Notes: a model not told the origin generated them from the letters alone. Positions 38,279 to 47,514 are shown, counted from the first letter of the stretch. The stretch is 48,032 bases of DNA from a candidate division WOR-3 bacterium (GCA_039801885.1 JBDRVN010000005.1:1-48032); one strand, 5' to 3'. Numbers and translations are program-made.

Positions 38279-39241
38279 TTAGTTGGGCGATATTTTTTTG
38301 ACTTTTTCTTTAATGCCCAGAATTTTTTGAACGGGAAGATAAGATTTTCTAACAAACCAAGGAAATTCTTTATATTTTTCATACCAGTTCTTTAACCATT
38401 CTATTGTTTCTTTATCGTTCAGATTTCCGCTACCCATTGTTAAGTTTTCAATCTGGTATTCTGGATTGCCTTTAATTTGAGAAAAGAATTTTTCTCTAAA
38501 GAATTTGGCAATAAGAGAAGCAGTTTTCACTTCCAAATATTTTTCGTCAGCATTTTTCTTAATGATTATTTCTGTTCCTCTTTTGGCTAAATCAGTTAAA
38601 AAATTCTTTAAATTTTTGCCTACTCCATAGTCATCAATCGTAATCCTTAAATTCTTTAAATCTTTGTCTTTAATTAATTTCTTTAATATCGTTAAATAAC
38701 CGATATCCATTAAATAATTGATTTTATATTTATCAATCAATTGGGGTGAGATTTTTTTACCAATAAAAGTTAAACCAGCCTCTTTATAAAATAAAATCTT
38801 TTTATAAAACTCCTGCCAATATGAAAGATTATGATTCTTTTTGGTATCAACAGTTGAAATAATTTCTTCTAAAAAGGGAAAAAGATTTTTGGGAATAAAG
38901 AGACCAATTAAAAATAAAGGTCCAAATAGTTCACCTTTGTTTGTTTCGTCCAAACCAATGGCAAATTCTCTCTTTAAAGGAACATATAAAGAACCAGCAA
39001 TTTTGTTTATCTCTTCCCAAGCATTAATAACCTCCGGTGTATCTCTTTTTGTTGGTGTAGAATATAAAGTTTTGGAAGAGTAATAAGTAAAAATTACATC
39101 TTCTAATCTTATCCGCCAGATTTCGTAAGGACTATTTACTTTTTCCTGTTTTCCGCCTTTCTCTAATAAGAGGGATTTTATTTTTTCTGCCTTACTTTTG
39201 TTGACCTGCCATTTTCTACCGGTTAAAATTTCTTTCGCCAT
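38279..39241 (-). CDS. Ribonuclease HII/HIII family protein with N-terminal TBP-like extension
   Basis: IGLDETNKGELFGP, DTKK, ITIDD, ADEKYLEVKTASLIAK; N-terminal domain with FTYYSSKTL. Confidence 0.85.
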   Translation of the reverse strand: MAKEILTGRKWQVNKSKAEKIKSLLLEKGGKQEKVNSPYEIWRIRLEDVIFTYYSSKTLYSTPTKRDTPEVINAWEEINKIAGSLYVPLKREFAIGLDETNKGELFGPLFLIGLFIPKNLFPFLEEIISTVDTKKNHNLSYWQEFYKKILFYKEAGLTFIGKKISPQLIDKYKINYLMDIGYLTILKKLIKDKDLKNLRITIDDYGVGKNLKNFLTDLAKRGTEIIIKKNADEKYLEVKTASLIAKFFREKFFSQIKGNPEYQIENLTMGSGNLNDKETIEWLKNWYEKYKEFPWFVRKSYLPVQKILGIKEKVKKISPN

Positions 39242-40410
39242 TAATAATCATAAATTCTCTTTTCACCTTCAATTTTTTTAATTTCGGTAATATCCTGGGT
39301 AACTTCAATACAGCCTAAGTAATCACCTTCTTTATTCCGAATGGCAAAATAACGAATATGAACGAGCCTTCCTTTATAGAAAATCCAAAATTCAGCAACA
39401 TCTCTTTTCTTATTTTTAAAATCGCTTAAAATTCTTTCAACAATATGGATACTTTTTTGGGGATGGCATTGTTGAACTTTTCTACCCAAAACTGCTTTGG
39501 TGCGTAAGAATATTCTTTCTTTTGACTGGTTGAAGTATCTAACAATATCGTTTTTATCAACAAAAGTAATATCAAAAGGCAGAGTGTTTAAAAGGCTCTC
39601 TAATTCTTCCAAAGAAAAGGCACCAGTTTCAAAATTGATTGGCAAGGTTTCCGAGATTTTTTTGGCTGCCTCTTTTATTTCTTCTCTTTTAGTGCTCTCA
39701 TCGGGTGTAAAACAGCAATAACCGATTTCATTAAATTCTTTCTTTATCTCCTGCCACTCTTCTTGGGTTATTACATTTAAAGAAGTGGGGAAAAGGATTT
39801 TGTTTTCCTTATAAAAATGGGAATTTAACATTTCAAAAAGTTCTTGTGCCTTTTCTTTTAAAAGATTTATATTTTCTTTCTTTTCCCATAATTGATAAAT
39901 CTCTTTCTTAATGCTACGGATTTTATCATGTTCCATCCACATTATTGCTGGTGGTTGGGTAATTCCGTGTTTCTCTAAATAGGGGAAAAGGACATTCTCT
40001 TCTCTTAGATAATGGGATTCAGAATCTTTAAAATGATGAATAATATGTTCCAATCTTTCATCTATTTTATTTTCTAAAAGAATTTGATAAAACTCTCGGG
40101 CATTCTCTAAAAGAAGTTTATGCTCAGTCATTAAAATATAAATCGGGTGTCCAGGTTCGGTTAAAACCTCCTGTTTTACTAATTCCTCTTCCATAAGTGC
40201 CAAATGGAGAGAGCAAAATTTCTGAATTTCTTCTTTACCCATTCCTTCCCTAATCAATTCCTCTTCAATTTCCGCAATTGCCTTTGGTGTTAAACCTTTT
40301 AAAGAATCTTTAAATTCCTCTTTCAATTTTTTAACATCTTCACCTTGATGGATTCTTTTTATTATTTGTTTAATTATTTCTTTTTTATTTTTGCCAAAAA
40401 GCTCACTCAC
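39241..40410 (-). CDS. DUF438 + hemerythrin-like + PAS domain protein
   Basis: IAEIEEELI..G.....IQ.FC.LH; GHP; EH, HY.REE..LFP, EHD, H..KE..ILFP; C-terminal LPFDITFVD...CHP PAS. Confidence 0.88.
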   Translation of the reverse strand: MSELFGKNKKEIIKQIIKRIHQGEDVKKLKEEFKDSLKGLTPKAIAEIEEELIREGMGKEEIQKFCSLHLALMEEELVKQEVLTEPGHPIYILMTEHKLLLENAREFYQILLENKIDERLEHIIHHFKDSESHYLREENVLFPYLEKHGITQPPAIMWMEHDKIRSIKKEIYQLWEKKENINLLKEKAQELFEMLNSHFYKENKILFPTSLNVITQEEWQEIKKEFNEIGYCCFTPDESTKREEIKEAAKKISETLPINFETGAFSLEELESLLNTLPFDITFVDKNDIVRYFNQSKERIFLRTKAVLGRKVQQCHPQKSIHIVERILSDFKNKKRDVAEFWIFYKGRLVHIRYFAIRNKEGDYLGCIEVTQDITEIKKIEGEKRIYDY

Positions 40411-40847
40411 TTTTCCTCCCTTTTGTTCAATTCTTTACATAATTTATCAATATTATCTTTTAATAAATCTCTTATTTTACGATAAAAATTTAAAATTTCC
40501 TCTTCGCTACCTTTAGCTAATTTAGGATTAGGAATTGGCCAAAATAATCTTTCTTTTACCTTTCCGGCAAAATAGGGACAATTTTCCTTGGCATCGTCAC
40601 CGCAAAGGGTAATTACATAATCAAATTCTTGGTTAGAAAATTGATTTACTAATTTACTTTTTTGTTGAGAGATATCAATATTAATCTCTTTCATTATCAA
40701 AATTGCCTTTGGGTCAATTTTGGTTAATCTGCTACCAGCACTTTTTGCTTCACAACAATAAGAATAAAAATTGTTGATAATCGCTTCGGCCATTTGGCTA
40801 CGGCAGGAGTTTTCTTCGCAAAGAAAAAGAATTTTAATTTTTCTCAT
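40407..40847 (-). CDS. arsC: Arsenate reductase, thioredoxin-coupled / LMW-PTPase family
   Basis: CEENSCRSQMAE (CX5R) plus resolving cysteines in ITLCGDDAKENCP. Confidence 0.85.
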   Translation of the reverse strand: MRKIKILFLCEENSCRSQMAEAIINNFYSYCCEAKSAGSRLTKIDPKAILIMKEINIDISQQKSKLVNQFSNQEFDYVITLCGDDAKENCPYFAGKVKERLFWPIPNPKLAKGSEEEILNFYRKIRDLLKDNIDKLCKELNKREEK

Positions 40848-40854
40848 TTCAATA

Positions 40855-40890
40855 ATTTTATTTGATTTTTATAAAAATGTCAATTATAAT
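40855..40890. promoter_or_regulatory. Interleaved divergent promoters (arsC and cmk operons)
   Basis: Minus: TTGACA(40883-40878)-17-TAAAAT(40860-40855), 7 nt to ATG. Plus: TTGATT(40862-40867)-17-TATAAT(40885-40890), 8 nt to ATG. Confidence 0.7.
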
Positions 40891-40898
40891 TTAAATCT

Positions 40899-41579
40899 AT
40901 GAAAAAAAATTTTATTGTCGCCATTGACGGTTATGCCGGTTCAGGAAAAAGCACGATTGCCAAAGAGGTTGCCAAAAGGTTAAATTTTTTTTATTTAGAT
41001 ACGGGAGCAATGTACCGGGCAATAACTTATAAAATTATCAAAGAGAAAATTGATTATCGGAATGAGCAAGAATTAAACAGAATTCTTAAAAATTTAAAAA
41101 TTGATTTTAAAAAAGAGGATAAGCAAACGAGAATTTATTTAAATGGTGAGGATGTGACCAGCGAGATAAGAGAGCCGAAAGTAGAAAAATTAGTTTCCCC
41201 GATTTCGGCAATCAAAGCCGTTCGAGAAAAAATGGTAAAATTGCAAAGAAATATTGCCCGTCAAAAAAACATAATTGCCGAAGGTCGGGATATTACTTCG
41301 GTAGTTTTTCCTAAAGCCGATTTAAAAATCTTTGTCGATTGTGAATTAAAAGAACGAACAAAAAGAAGATTTAAAGAAGCAAAAGAAAAAGGTTATAAGA
41401 TAAGTTTTTCTGAAGTATTAAAAAATCTTATTATTCGTGATAAAATTGACCAAGAAAGAAAATATAGCCCTCTAAGGAAGACCGCTGATAGTATATATTT
41501 AAATACAACTAATTTAACAATTGAAGAAGAAATCGATTTAGTAAAATCTTTAATTGAATATTTGCTAAAAAAAAGATGA
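40899..41579 (+). CDS. cmk: Cytidylate kinase
   Basis: AIDGYAGSGKST, DTGAMYRA, EGRDI, RDKID..R..SPL. Confidence 0.97.
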   Translation: MKKNFIVAIDGYAGSGKSTIAKEVAKRLNFFYLDTGAMYRAITYKIIKEKIDYRNEQELNRILKNLKIDFKKEDKQTRIYLNGEDVTSEIREPKVEKLVSPISAIKAVREKMVKLQRNIARQKNIIAEGRDITSVVFPKADLKIFVDCELKERTKRRFKEAKEKGYKISFSEVLKNLIIRDKIDQERKYSPLRKTADSIYLNTTNLTIEEEIDLVKSLIEYLLKKR

Positions 41580-42199
41580 AATGGTATTGGCGATTAGGTT
41601 TTATTTTAACGTTGCCTTTTTCTTTTATCTTTTTAAAAGTAAAGAATAGATATTATTTACCAAAAGGAAAGGCAATTATTGTTTGCAACCACACTTCCAA
41701 TTTTGACCCAATTTTGATAAGCTTAGCCAGTTTACAAGAGTTATACTTTCTTGCTAAAAAAGAATTGTTTTATGTTAATAAATTTTTTAGTTGGTTAATA
41801 AAAAGTTTTAATGCCATTTCCTTGGACAGGCAAGGAATTGATTTAGAGGCTTTGAGAAAAGTGGAAGAACTTTTTAATAAGGACCAAAAGATTGTCATTT
41901 TCCCCGAAGGCACCCGTTCGAAAAATGGGAAATTAGGAGAGTTTAAAGATGGGGCTAGTTTTTTGGCTTTAAAATTTAAAGTTCCGATTATTCCTTGCTA
42001 TATAAAAGGTGTAAGAGAGTCCTTTATTCCGTTACTTGTTGATCGAGATTTAGTAAAATATCGTAGTGGAAGGAAGAGATTTAAAAAAATTGAGGTAACC
42101 TTTTTAAAACCGCTTAAAATAAATAACTATGATTGGGATAAAAATATAATAAAATATTTAACAAAAAAAATTGAAGAAAGATTTAAAGAGAATGGCTAA
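41576..42199 (+). CDS. plsC: 1-acyl-sn-glycerol-3-phosphate acyltransferase
   Basis: NHTSNFD (HX4D), FLAKKELF, FPEGTRS. Confidence 0.92.
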   Translation: MKWYWRLGFILTLPFSFIFLKVKNRYYLPKGKAIIVCNHTSNFDPILISLASLQELYFLAKKELFYVNKFFSWLIKSFNAISLDRQGIDLEALRKVEELFNKDQKIVIFPEGTRSKNGKLGEFKDGASFLALKFKVPIIPCYIKGVRESFIPLLVDRDLVKYRSGRKRFKKIEVTFLKPLKINNYDWDKNIIKYLTKKIEERFKENG

Positions 42200-43070
42200 A
42201 ATATATTTAGTAAAACCTTATGGTTTTTGTAGCGGTTTAAAAAGAGCGTTATATTTAATTAAAAATTGTGAAAAGAAATATTTCCAGATTTATTTACTTG
42301 GTGAATTACTTCATAATCCGGTGGTGATAAAAGAACTAAAAGATAAGGGAATTAAAATAATTAAAGAAAGGGAAATCGATTTCTTAAATAATTTAAATGA
42401 AAAAGAAAAAAAGAAAACAGTAATAATAATTCGGACACACGGAATACCAAAGGAAATATTGAAAAAATTGGAAAATTTTGGTATAAATATAATTAATACG
42501 ACATGTGGGTATATAAAAAAAATTTGTACCATAGTAGAAAATTTAAAAAAGGAGGGTTATTGGGTTGTGATAATTGGCGATAGTGGTCATCCCGAAGTTA
42601 AAACAATTAAAAGTTTCGCCGAAGAAAAAGGTTTAATCTATAAAGAAAATTTAAGTTTAAAAAATAATTCAAAGGTTGGTGTCGTAAATCAAACAACTTT
42701 AGATGAAGTAACTTACCAACAAGCATTAAATAATATTATCAACAATTTTCAATTAAAAGAGTTAAGAATTTTTAATACCCTTTGTCCGGAGGTTCTCAAG
42801 CGTCAAAAAGAAGTTAAAAAACTTGCCAAGAAAGTTGATTTAATGATAATTGTGGGCGGTAAAAACAGTGCCAACACTAAAAGATTAAAAAAAATTGCTG
42901 AAAGGGAAAGTTGCCAAACTTTCTGGATTTCTACATTTAAAGAGATAGAAAATTTAAAAAAATTATTTAAAAAATTTGATAAAATTGGTGTTGCTTCGGG
43001 CACTTCCACCCCGGAAGGTTTTGTTAATTTGGTAATAAAAAATCTTAAAAAAGGAGGTAACAAAAGATGA
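42192..43070 (+). CDS. ispH: 4-hydroxy-3-methylbut-2-enyl diphosphate reductase
   Basis: GFCSG, HN, RTHG, TTC, GHPEV, QTT, NTLC, NSANT; start moved to ATG 42192. Confidence 0.93.
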   Translation: MAKIYLVKPYGFCSGLKRALYLIKNCEKKYFQIYLLGELLHNPVVIKELKDKGIKIIKEREIDFLNNLNEKEKKKTVIIIRTHGIPKEILKKLENFGINIINTTCGYIKKICTIVENLKKEGYWVVIIGDSGHPEVKTIKSFAEEKGLIYKENLSLKNNSKVGVVNQTTLDEVTYQQALNNIINNFQLKELRIFNTLCPEVLKRQKEVKKLAKKVDLMIIVGGKNSANTKRLKKIAERESCQTFWISTFKEIENLKKLFKKFDKIGVASGTSTPEGFVNLVIKNLKKGGNKR

Positions 43071-44743
43071 AATTTGAAGATTTATTATCTCAATATACTG
43101 TTCCTTTAAAAGAAAAAGAAATTGTTAAAGGGAAAATTGTAAAAATCTTAAAGAATACTGTTCTGGTGGATTTAGGTTTAAAGTCAGAAGGCGAATTAAA
43201 TATTGACGAATTTTCTGATCCCGATGAGTTGAAAGAAGGAAACGAAATTTATGTCTATTTAGAAAAATTAGAAGACCGGGAGGGAAAACCAGTAATTTCT
43301 AAAAAGCAGGCTGATTTCCTTCTTCGCTGGGATAAAATAAAAGAGAAATTTGAAAAAGGCGAACCGGTGGAAATAAAAATAAAAAAGAAAGTGAAAGGCG
43401 GGCTAATGGCAGAGGTTTTTGGTTTATCAGCTTTTCTACCTGGTTCCCAGATTGACATAAAACCGGTAAACAACCACGATGCCCTTATTGGCCAAGTTTT
43501 AAAAGGAAAGATTATTCAGGTAAATTACCCTAAACAGAACATTGTAGTTTCCCGGCGAGAACTTTTGGAAGAAGAAATTCAAAAAAAGCGAGAGGCTCTA
43601 TTGAAAAAGATAAAGGTTGGCGATGTGGCGACGGCGCGGGTAAAATCGTTAACTGATTTTGGTGCCTTTGTTGAGATTGATGGTGTTGATGCTCTTTTAC
43701 ATGTTTCTGATATTTCCTGGAACAAAGTTGTTCATCCGAGCGAGATTTTATCCATTGACCAAGAGATAAAAGTAAAAATTTTGGCCATAGACGAAAAATC
43801 TTATCGGATTACTGTTGGAATGAAACAACTACAGCCCCATCCTTGGGATATGATTGAGGAGAAATATCCAGTTGGTTCCCGGGTAAAAGGAAAGGTGACT
43901 TCTTTAGCCGAATATGGAGCCTTTGTGGAATTAGAAAAAGGGGTGGAAGGGTTAATTCATGTTTCGGAGATGTCTTGGACAAAAACTATTCACCATCCTT
44001 CGCAAGTTTTAAAGGTTGGTCAAGAAGTGGAAGCGGTTGTTTTACATGTGGATAAAGAAAATCGAAGGATTTCTTTAGGACTAAAACAAACAACTCCTGA
44101 CCCTTGGTCAATAGTTGGTGAAAAATTTAAAGAAGGAGAAAAGGTTATTGGAAAAATTAAGTCCTATAAAGAATTTGGTGCTTTTGTGGAATTAGAAGAG
44201 GGAATTGAGGGATTGATTCCAACCACAGAAATCTCTTGGACAAAAAGAATAAAACATCCCAAGGAAGTTTTTAAAAAAGGTCAAAAGGTAGAAGCAATAA
44301 TTATTGGTATTGATAAAATCAATCGGCGAATTACTTTGAGTGTAAAAAGATTAAAAGAAGATCCCTTAGAAATTTTCGCTAAGGAATATAAAGTGGGAGA
44401 TACTCTAAAAGTAAAAATTATTGATACACCGAAAGCCGGTTTGGTGGCGAGTTTACCTTATGGATTAGAGGGATTTATCCCTAATAGTATGGTGGCTCGT
44501 GATGAAAATCGGAAAAAATTGGAACATAAAATTGGCGAAGAGATTGAAGCAAAGATTAGCGAGATTGATAAGGAAAAAAGTAGAATTATTTTAAGCGAAA
44601 GAGCAGTAAAGGAAGAGTTAATTAAGGTAGAGACAAAAGAAGAAGCTGAGCCGATTGTGTCCAGTAGTCAAAAAAGCAAAGAGAGAAAAAGAAAATATAC
44701 TATTGGTGAAAAGATTAAGCGGCAAAAAGATAAACGTGAATAG
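43067..44743 (+). CDS. rpsA: 30S ribosomal protein S1
   Basis: Six S1 repeats (AFLPGSQID, FGAFVE..GVDALLHVSDISW, GLIHVSEMSW). Confidence 0.97.
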   Translation: MKFEDLLSQYTVPLKEKEIVKGKIVKILKNTVLVDLGLKSEGELNIDEFSDPDELKEGNEIYVYLEKLEDREGKPVISKKQADFLLRWDKIKEKFEKGEPVEIKIKKKVKGGLMAEVFGLSAFLPGSQIDIKPVNNHDALIGQVLKGKIIQVNYPKQNIVVSRRELLEEEIQKKREALLKKIKVGDVATARVKSLTDFGAFVEIDGVDALLHVSDISWNKVVHPSEILSIDQEIKVKILAIDEKSYRITVGMKQLQPHPWDMIEEKYPVGSRVKGKVTSLAEYGAFVELEKGVEGLIHVSEMSWTKTIHHPSQVLKVGQEVEAVVLHVDKENRRISLGLKQTTPDPWSIVGEKFKEGEKVIGKIKSYKEFGAFVELEEGIEGLIPTTEISWTKRIKHPKEVFKKGQKVEAIIIGIDKINRRITLSVKRLKEDPLEIFAKEYKVGDTLKVKIIDTPKAGLVASLPYGLEGFIPNSMVARDENRKKLEHKIGEEIEAKISEIDKEKSRIILSERAVKEELIKVETKEEAEPIVSSSQKSKERKRKYTIGEKIKRQKDKRE

Positions 44744-45950
44744 GCTCTATATAAAAACCTTAGGTTGTAAGGTTAATTATGCGGAAAGTGATGGGTTAGC
44801 AAATTATTTTAAAAATCAAGGTTATGAGATTGTGGAAAGTGAGAATAAAGCAGATATTATCTTGCTTAATACCTGTGCGGTTACCAAGGAAGCAGAAAAA
44901 AGTTCTTTCAAATGGTTAAATCGTTATAAAAAGAAAAATTATCAAATTATTCTTACCGGTTGTCTAACTCCGCTTTTAAAGGAGAAACAATTTCCGGAAA
45001 ATGGACGGGTGAAAGTTCTTTCCTTAGAAGAAAAACAAAGAATTGTGGAGAGAGAAAATATCCTTCCTTCCCGTCGCCGGGTTTTCTTAAAAATTGTTGA
45101 TGGCTGTGACCACTTTTGTTGTTTCTGTTTAGTAGGAAGAATTCGGGGGAAAATAAGAAGTGTGGGAGAAGATTGGATAGTTAAAGAATGTGAAAGACTA
45201 AGAAACTTGGGAATCAAGGAAATTGTTCTTTGTGGGATAAATTTAGGACTCTACGGTAAAGATATCGGTACTTCTTTACAAAATTTACTTTCTCGTTTGG
45301 CAAAGGAAATCAAAAATGTGCGGTTTAGACTTTCTTCTTTGGAAGTGGATACTATTTCCGAGGAGCTTTTATTATTAATGATTCAACTTGTTAAGGATGG
45401 AATTCTGTGTCCCCATTTTCATTTACCTCTTCAATCGGCCTCGAATAAGATTTTAAAGAAAATGGGAAGGAGATATGGGATCAAAGAGTATGAAGAAATT
45501 TTGATGAAAATAATTGAAAATCTGTCTGATGCTAATATTGGCTGTGATGTGATGGTTGGATATTTAGGAGAAGAAGAAGAAGATTTTTTTTCTACCTATC
45601 AATTTTTAGAAAAAATGCCTTTTGGTTATTTTCATGTTTTTCCTTTTTCGAAAAGACCCCTTACGCCGGTTTATCAAGAAAAAGAGACTATTTCCGAAGA
45701 AGCGAAAAGAAGGAGATTAAAAATTTTAATGAATTTACGAGAAAAGAAAATAAATGAGTACTGTCAAAAATTTTTTAATCAGGTGCGAAAGGGAATTTTG
45801 ATTGAAGAAGGTATTTATTTAACTGACAACTATTTAAATGTTAAAATTTTTAATAATTTAGAAGAAGAGATTTATATAAAAATTAAAGATTTTTATATAA
45901 GAAATAAAAACTTTCCAATTTTGATTGGCGAAGAGTTTAAAGGAGGATAA
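44736..45950 (+). CDS. mtaB: Radical SAM methylthiotransferase, MtaB-type
   Basis: TLGCKVNYAES, NTCAVT, TGC, GCDHFCCFC, RLSSLE, HVFPFSKR; start moved to GTG 44736. Confidence 0.85.
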   Translation: MNRLYIKTLGCKVNYAESDGLANYFKNQGYEIVESENKADIILLNTCAVTKEAEKSSFKWLNRYKKKNYQIILTGCLTPLLKEKQFPENGRVKVLSLEEKQRIVERENILPSRRRVFLKIVDGCDHFCCFCLVGRIRGKIRSVGEDWIVKECERLRNLGIKEIVLCGINLGLYGKDIGTSLQNLLSRLAKEIKNVRFRLSSLEVDTISEELLLLMIQLVKDGILCPHFHLPLQSASNKILKKMGRRYGIKEYEEILMKIIENLSDANIGCDVMVGYLGEEEEDFFSTYQFLEKMPFGYFHVFPFSKRPLTPVYQEKETISEEAKRRRLKILMNLREKKINEYCQKFFNQVRKGILIEEGIYLTDNYLNVKIFNNLEEEIYIKIKDFYIRNKNFPILIGEEFKGG

Positions 45951-45951
45951 A

Positions 45952-46884
45952 ATGGCTTATTTTTTAATCTTATTAAATTTTCTTTTTTTTAAAGAGGTAA
46001 AAATCGCCTATGTGGATATGGATAAAATTTTAAAGGAGTATCAAGGAGCCAGAGAAGTTTTAAATCAATTAGAAAAAGATATCGACCAATGGGAAAAAGA
46101 AGCCGATTCATTAAAAAATCTTCTTAATAAATCAAAAGAAGAATTAGAAGTAAAAAAATTGATACTTACGGAAGAAGGTTTTAAAATTGAAATGGAAAAA
46201 ATAAATAACCTTAGTGAAAGATATAATAATTTTCTTTATGAAATATGGGGAAAAGGAGGGCGTTTAGAAAGAAGACAGGATGAATTACTAACCCCCGTGG
46301 TAAAGAAAATCAGTGAAATAATTCAGAAGATTGCGGAAAATGAGGGTTTCACAATTGTTTTTGATGCCAGCGCTACAAAAGTGTTGTATGCCGAACCAGG
46401 TTTAGATATCACCGAATTAATATTAACTGAATTAAACAAAGAATATGCTAAAAAAGAAGGAAAGATAACAAAAGAGGTTTTAGTCGGAGTTCTGCCAATT
46501 TACGAAAGCGAAGCTCGGGCTAAAGAGGAAAATCTTGGTGATTATTTTTATAGCAATCTAATTATTTTTTTAAAAAGAAATCCTAATATTAAATTAATTA
46601 ATGAGGAAGATATTGAAAATGCTTTAATAAGACATAATCTTAAAAAGGGTGATAAAATTGAAAGAAATATGGTTTTTCTTATTGGTCAAGAGCTTTCTTT
46701 AGATTATATTATTTATGGCAATGTTAGCCAAACTGGTAAGAAAATTATTTGTGAGACAAAAATTATTGATATAAAAAATAATAGTGATATTTCAGTGGGC
46801 AAAGCCGAAGGAGGCAACAAAGAAGAAGCTTTGACAAAATTAAATGACCTTATTGGTCGGGCATTTTATCGGTTAATAAAATAA
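45952..46884 (+). CDS. Skp/OmpH chaperone fused to a CsgG/TolB-N-like domain
   Basis: KIAYVDMDKIL, coiled coil, GFTIVFD...LYA....DIT; extra ~130 aa ending IGQELSLDYIIYGNV...KIIDI; AGGAGG SD before ATG 45952. Confidence 0.8.
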   Translation: MAYFLILLNFLFFKEVKIAYVDMDKILKEYQGAREVLNQLEKDIDQWEKEADSLKNLLNKSKEELEVKKLILTEEGFKIEMEKINNLSERYNNFLYEIWGKGGRLERRQDELLTPVVKKISEIIQKIAENEGFTIVFDASATKVLYAEPGLDITELILTELNKEYAKKEGKITKEVLVGVLPIYESEARAKEENLGDYFYSNLIIFLKRNPNIKLINEEDIENALIRHNLKKGDKIERNMVFLIGQELSLDYIIYGNVSQTGKKIICETKIIDIKNNSDISVGKAEGGNKEEALTKLNDLIGRAFYRLIK

Positions 46885-47514
46885 ATGTCAAATTCTTTTA
46901 TTTCTGATAAAGCAAAGATTGCTGATAATGTTTTGATTTATCCTTTTACTTATATTGGTGAAAATGTTTTTATTGATGAAAATACAATAATCTATCCTTT
47001 TGTTTGTATTTTAAGAAATACAAAAATTGGTAAGAACTGTCGAATTTTTCCTGGTGCTTTAATTGGCTTTGATGGTTTTGGCTATGAAAAAAAGGGAGAA
47101 GAATATTTTTCTATTCCCCATAATGGTTGGGTAATTATTGAGGATAATGTAGATATTGGTTCGAATGTCACAATTGCTTTGGCAAAGGAAGGAGAGACAA
47201 GAATTGGCAAAGGAACAAAGATTGATGCCTTGGTTCATATTGGTCATAATGTAAAAATTGGTAAGAATTGTATTATTATTGCTCAGGTCGGAATTGGTGG
47301 CAGTGCCAGGATTGGTGATAATTGTATTTTGGCAGGACAGGTTGGAATAAGAGACCATTGTGAGATAGGTGATAACTCAATTATCTATGCCAAATCAGCA
47401 GTTTTTAAATCAGTGCCAAAAGATAGTAAATATTCGGGTATTCCTGCCCGACCTCATTTCTTAAATCTCAGATATTGGGCAAAACTTTTAAAAGATGCTC
47501 CAAAGAACGATTAA
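46885..47514 (+). CDS. lpxD: UDP-3-O-acylglucosamine N-acyltransferase, short form
   Basis: IGFDGFGY, PHNGWVIIEDNVDIG, GTKIDALVHIGHN, hexapeptide repeats, YSGIPARP. Confidence 0.88.
   Translation: MSNSFISDKAKIADNVLIYPFTYIGENVFIDENTIIYPFVCILRNTKIGKNCRIFPGALIGFDGFGYEKKGEEYFSIPHNGWVIIEDNVDIGSNVTIALAKEGETRIGKGTKIDALVHIGHNVKIGKNCIIIAQVGIGGSARIGDNCILAGQVGIRDHCEIGDNSIIYAKSAVFKSVPKDSKYSGIPARPHFLNLRYWAKLLKDAPKND

Noticed and set aside
5990-47358. Remaining 60-105 aa ORFs nested in or antisense to long genes (e.g. 5990-6256, 15624-15896, 29957-30178, 38841-39083, 47059-47358)
   Set aside because: Overlap well-supported genes and show no recognisable motifs or start signals.
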